The notes under the pieces were generated by a model. That model had not been told where the DNA came from and made no database searches. It saw nothing but the letters and a program-made list of their open reading frames with translations. A DNA stretch of 64,000 nt from Stegostoma tigrinum. Its lineage: Eukaryota. Where the stretch lies: positions 31,327,141 to 31,391,140 of the forward strand of contig NC_081355.1 in assembly GCF_030684315.1 (NCBI RefSeq). The letters run 5' to 3'. The position numbers and the translations under genes are program-made. Within the stretch, counting starts at the first letter, position 1; each line of letters begins with the position of its first letter. Positions 61,733 through 64,000 of this stretch are shown piece by piece.

Positions 61733-62655
61733 ATGGTCAGAAATCACACAATGCCAGGTTTTAGTCCAACAGCTTTATTTGAAAACTCAAGCTTTCAGAA
61801 CCTCAGTCCTTCTCAGGTGTTAATGAGAGAGGTAGTATCAGACACAGAATTTCTCAGTAAAAGATCAAAAGTTCGCACCATTAAGGATGTACTAGACAAA
61901 CCTAAGATGCTGTCAAGTCTTTCGTCAGTTAGAAGGTTTTAATTGATTATTATGTATATATAAATCCCCGAATTCCTTTCAGGTCACAGTCCCCACACAC
62001 CATGCTATACACTGTCTCTCATGGACATACTCACTCACTCAAACATATACACGTGCACACACAGTCTCCCTGCCACATTCAATCTGCCTTCACTTCCCTC
62101 CCACCTCCCCCCACTCCCAACACACACACGCTTTCTCCTGCCCCACACAAATGTGAATATGTATTTGCAGATACATTTTATTTTGTTCAAAAAGCATACA
62201 ATTTATAGAGTCAGTCAATGTGGCATTTTATAAGTTCCTACATTAAAAATAAAACCAGTCTGACTCCAAACTAAAACACAAATTCAAAACAAGGCCTCAC
62301 ACCTAACATGCATTGTCTGACCTAAAATGTCAACTCTTCTTTACACTGATAAAACCTTTTGTTCTCTCAGGACTGTGACTTGAAAGGAATTTGGGGATTT
62401 ATATATCCCTATTAATCATTTAAAACATCGTTACTGATTAAAGATTTAAGAGTATCTTATGTTTGTTTAGTATGGTGTGAATCTTTGATCTTTTACCTAT
62501 AGATTCTGTCTGGTACTGCTTCTCTCTCTAACACCTGAATAAGAATCGAGGCTCTGAAAGCTTGTGTTTTCAAATAAACCTGTTGGGCTATAACCTGGTG
62601 TCATTTGATTTTTGACCTTGTCCACCACAGTCCAACACTGGCACCTCCATGTCAT
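61733..62655 (+). mobile_element. Fold-back Penelope-like element (family B), non-coding
   Basis: 61735-61992 is the diverged rc of 62370-62618; CA-rich spacer; 3' tail ccagtccaacactggcacctcc; TSD tatgcatc at 61725-61732 / 62658-62665. Confidence 0.85.
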
Positions 62656-64000
62656 TGTATGCATCCTGGACATTGGTAAATGCAGAGCATAAATACACCC
62701 AGATAGAGCAGGAACATTTGGTGGCCATATTTGGAGTCAGAAAGTTTCACAAATACCGTTACAGACAGAAATTGGTAATAATAATGAACCACAAACTCCT
62801 GCAAGGTCTCCTTAAAGAGGGCAAGGCAGTGCTACCCAGACCTTCAGGCCAAATTCAGGACTCTAATACTAAACGCATATAATTACAATTAGAACAATGT
62901 CCGAAGACCAAATGGCAAATTCAGATGCGTTGAGCCGTCTCCTGCTGGCAGATACACCACTGGTGGTACTGCCACTGGAATAGACAGTGACAGTTTTAAA
63001 TTTTCCAGACACCCTTCCAGTCACAACTGAAGATGTGAGATTTTGCATGCAGGAAGATCTGGTCCTGGCAAAACTGAAACAGCTAGTGATGATAAAGGAA
63101 ACCCAGTGTTGAGTTTAACAACTTCAGACTGTCCCAGTTTGAGTCTTTTTTTTGTTTTTGCTTTGGACAGATGTTTGTTATTCTGCTGTTGATGCTCAAC
63201 CCTGGACAGATCTTTCGTTTCTTGACCCATTTTTATTGATCTATTAAGTTTTTGTAATTTCATCCTTCCTGCTCTTTTACCCTTTCGTTTCATTCTTCCA
63301 CCCATTTTCCTTGCATCAAAATGAAGCAGATCACATCTCTAGTTTGCATCTGTAAGATTAATCATATTCAACTTGACACCTGAATACTGTCTTCTCTCCA
63401 CAGATGGCTCTTTCCTGCTGAGTATTCACCATACTTTCAGTTTTGATCAAAGGTAAAAAGTGGTGAGAATGATAGTATTGCTCAAAGATATGCTCCTTGT
63501 GCTTGAAAGGGGTACTTGAAAGGGTTTTGTTATGTAGCCTGTTTTTATATTAAGAATGACTGTCAAATTGGCTGAAGCCACAGAAGTTATCCTTGACACG
63601 GTTAAAATACCCAAATAATGGATTTCAATTAGCCAAACATTTAGATAACTTCACTGAGTAATTTATAAATCTATAAGAATGGAGTTGGGTTGTTTTTATG
63701 TACCCGACTAAGGAGAATAAGCTTAAGCTAATGCAAATAACCATTTTCTGAGCTTCTCAAAGACATTTAGACATGATCCAACTACTTACCAAATTGTTAA
63801 ACTCAATTTGCCACAATGGACCCCGCTAAGAAAAGGGCCACCATTGACCATTCTAATCAATTAAACAATGGACCTGAAATAAGTTTGCTATGACCATATT
63901 TAGCACCTGGTTAGTTTGTAAAGATTTTCCAAGGTCAGTTAGAGACCAGAAAGACTTTGAATGGGTAATAGCGAGTGGATGGCTTGTATTCCCTACCTCA

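Larger units (their letters stand above)
58693..63104 (+). mobile_element. Gypsy (Mag-like) LTR retrotransposon, 3'-truncated, with three nested insertions
   Basis: 5' LTR, PBS-like gtggccatgag, gag from ATG 58993 (MPLFGKFDLFDPAVEDWAQFVERM), protease LMDIDISATVS (~60178), RT INTHENLYQYTRQPSGV, RNase H AEHKYTQIEQEHLVAIFGVRKFHKY. Confidence 0.9.

Noticed and set aside
61034-63305. Twin basic peptides MGGRMKRKGKRAGRMK... on opposite strands
   Set aside because: A by-product of the inverted 191-nt duplication; no evidence of coding function.
1-64000. CRISPR arrays, rRNA genes, prokaryotic operons
   Set aside because: None seen; the sequence is vertebrate, repeat-rich DNA.

Overview
Eukaryotic, repeat-dominated vertebrate DNA. 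The repeat content (HE1-type V-SINEs, HER1/CR1 LINEs, Deu-domain SINEs) indicates a shark or other elasmobranch (inference). I can identify no host protein-coding exon with confidence. The one clear host feature is a CpG-island promoter at about 20.4-21.5 kb with E2F, CCAAT, octamer, YY1 and ETS motifs; it probably drives a minus-strand gene whose long first intron(s) fill 1-20 kb. The rest is nested mobile DNA: two near-full-length CR1 LINEs (zinc-finger/leucine-zipper plus SGNH-esterase ORF1, APE-RT ORF2), many CR1/L2/RTE/Rex1 fragments and three decayed Gypsy elements. There are also at least 12 insertions from about 4 Penelope-like (PLE, GIY-YIG) families. The PLE copies form fold-back (inverted pseudo-LTR) structures, are bounded by 10-16 bp TSDs and carry minimal hammerhead ribozyme cores, two nearly intact (53119-53150, 47760-47794). 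A second notable signal is three short templated insertions between 50 and 61 kb, each copied from a donor 1.3-2.2 kb to its right. Boundaries of old repeats are approximate; all comparisons were made by eye, without database searches.
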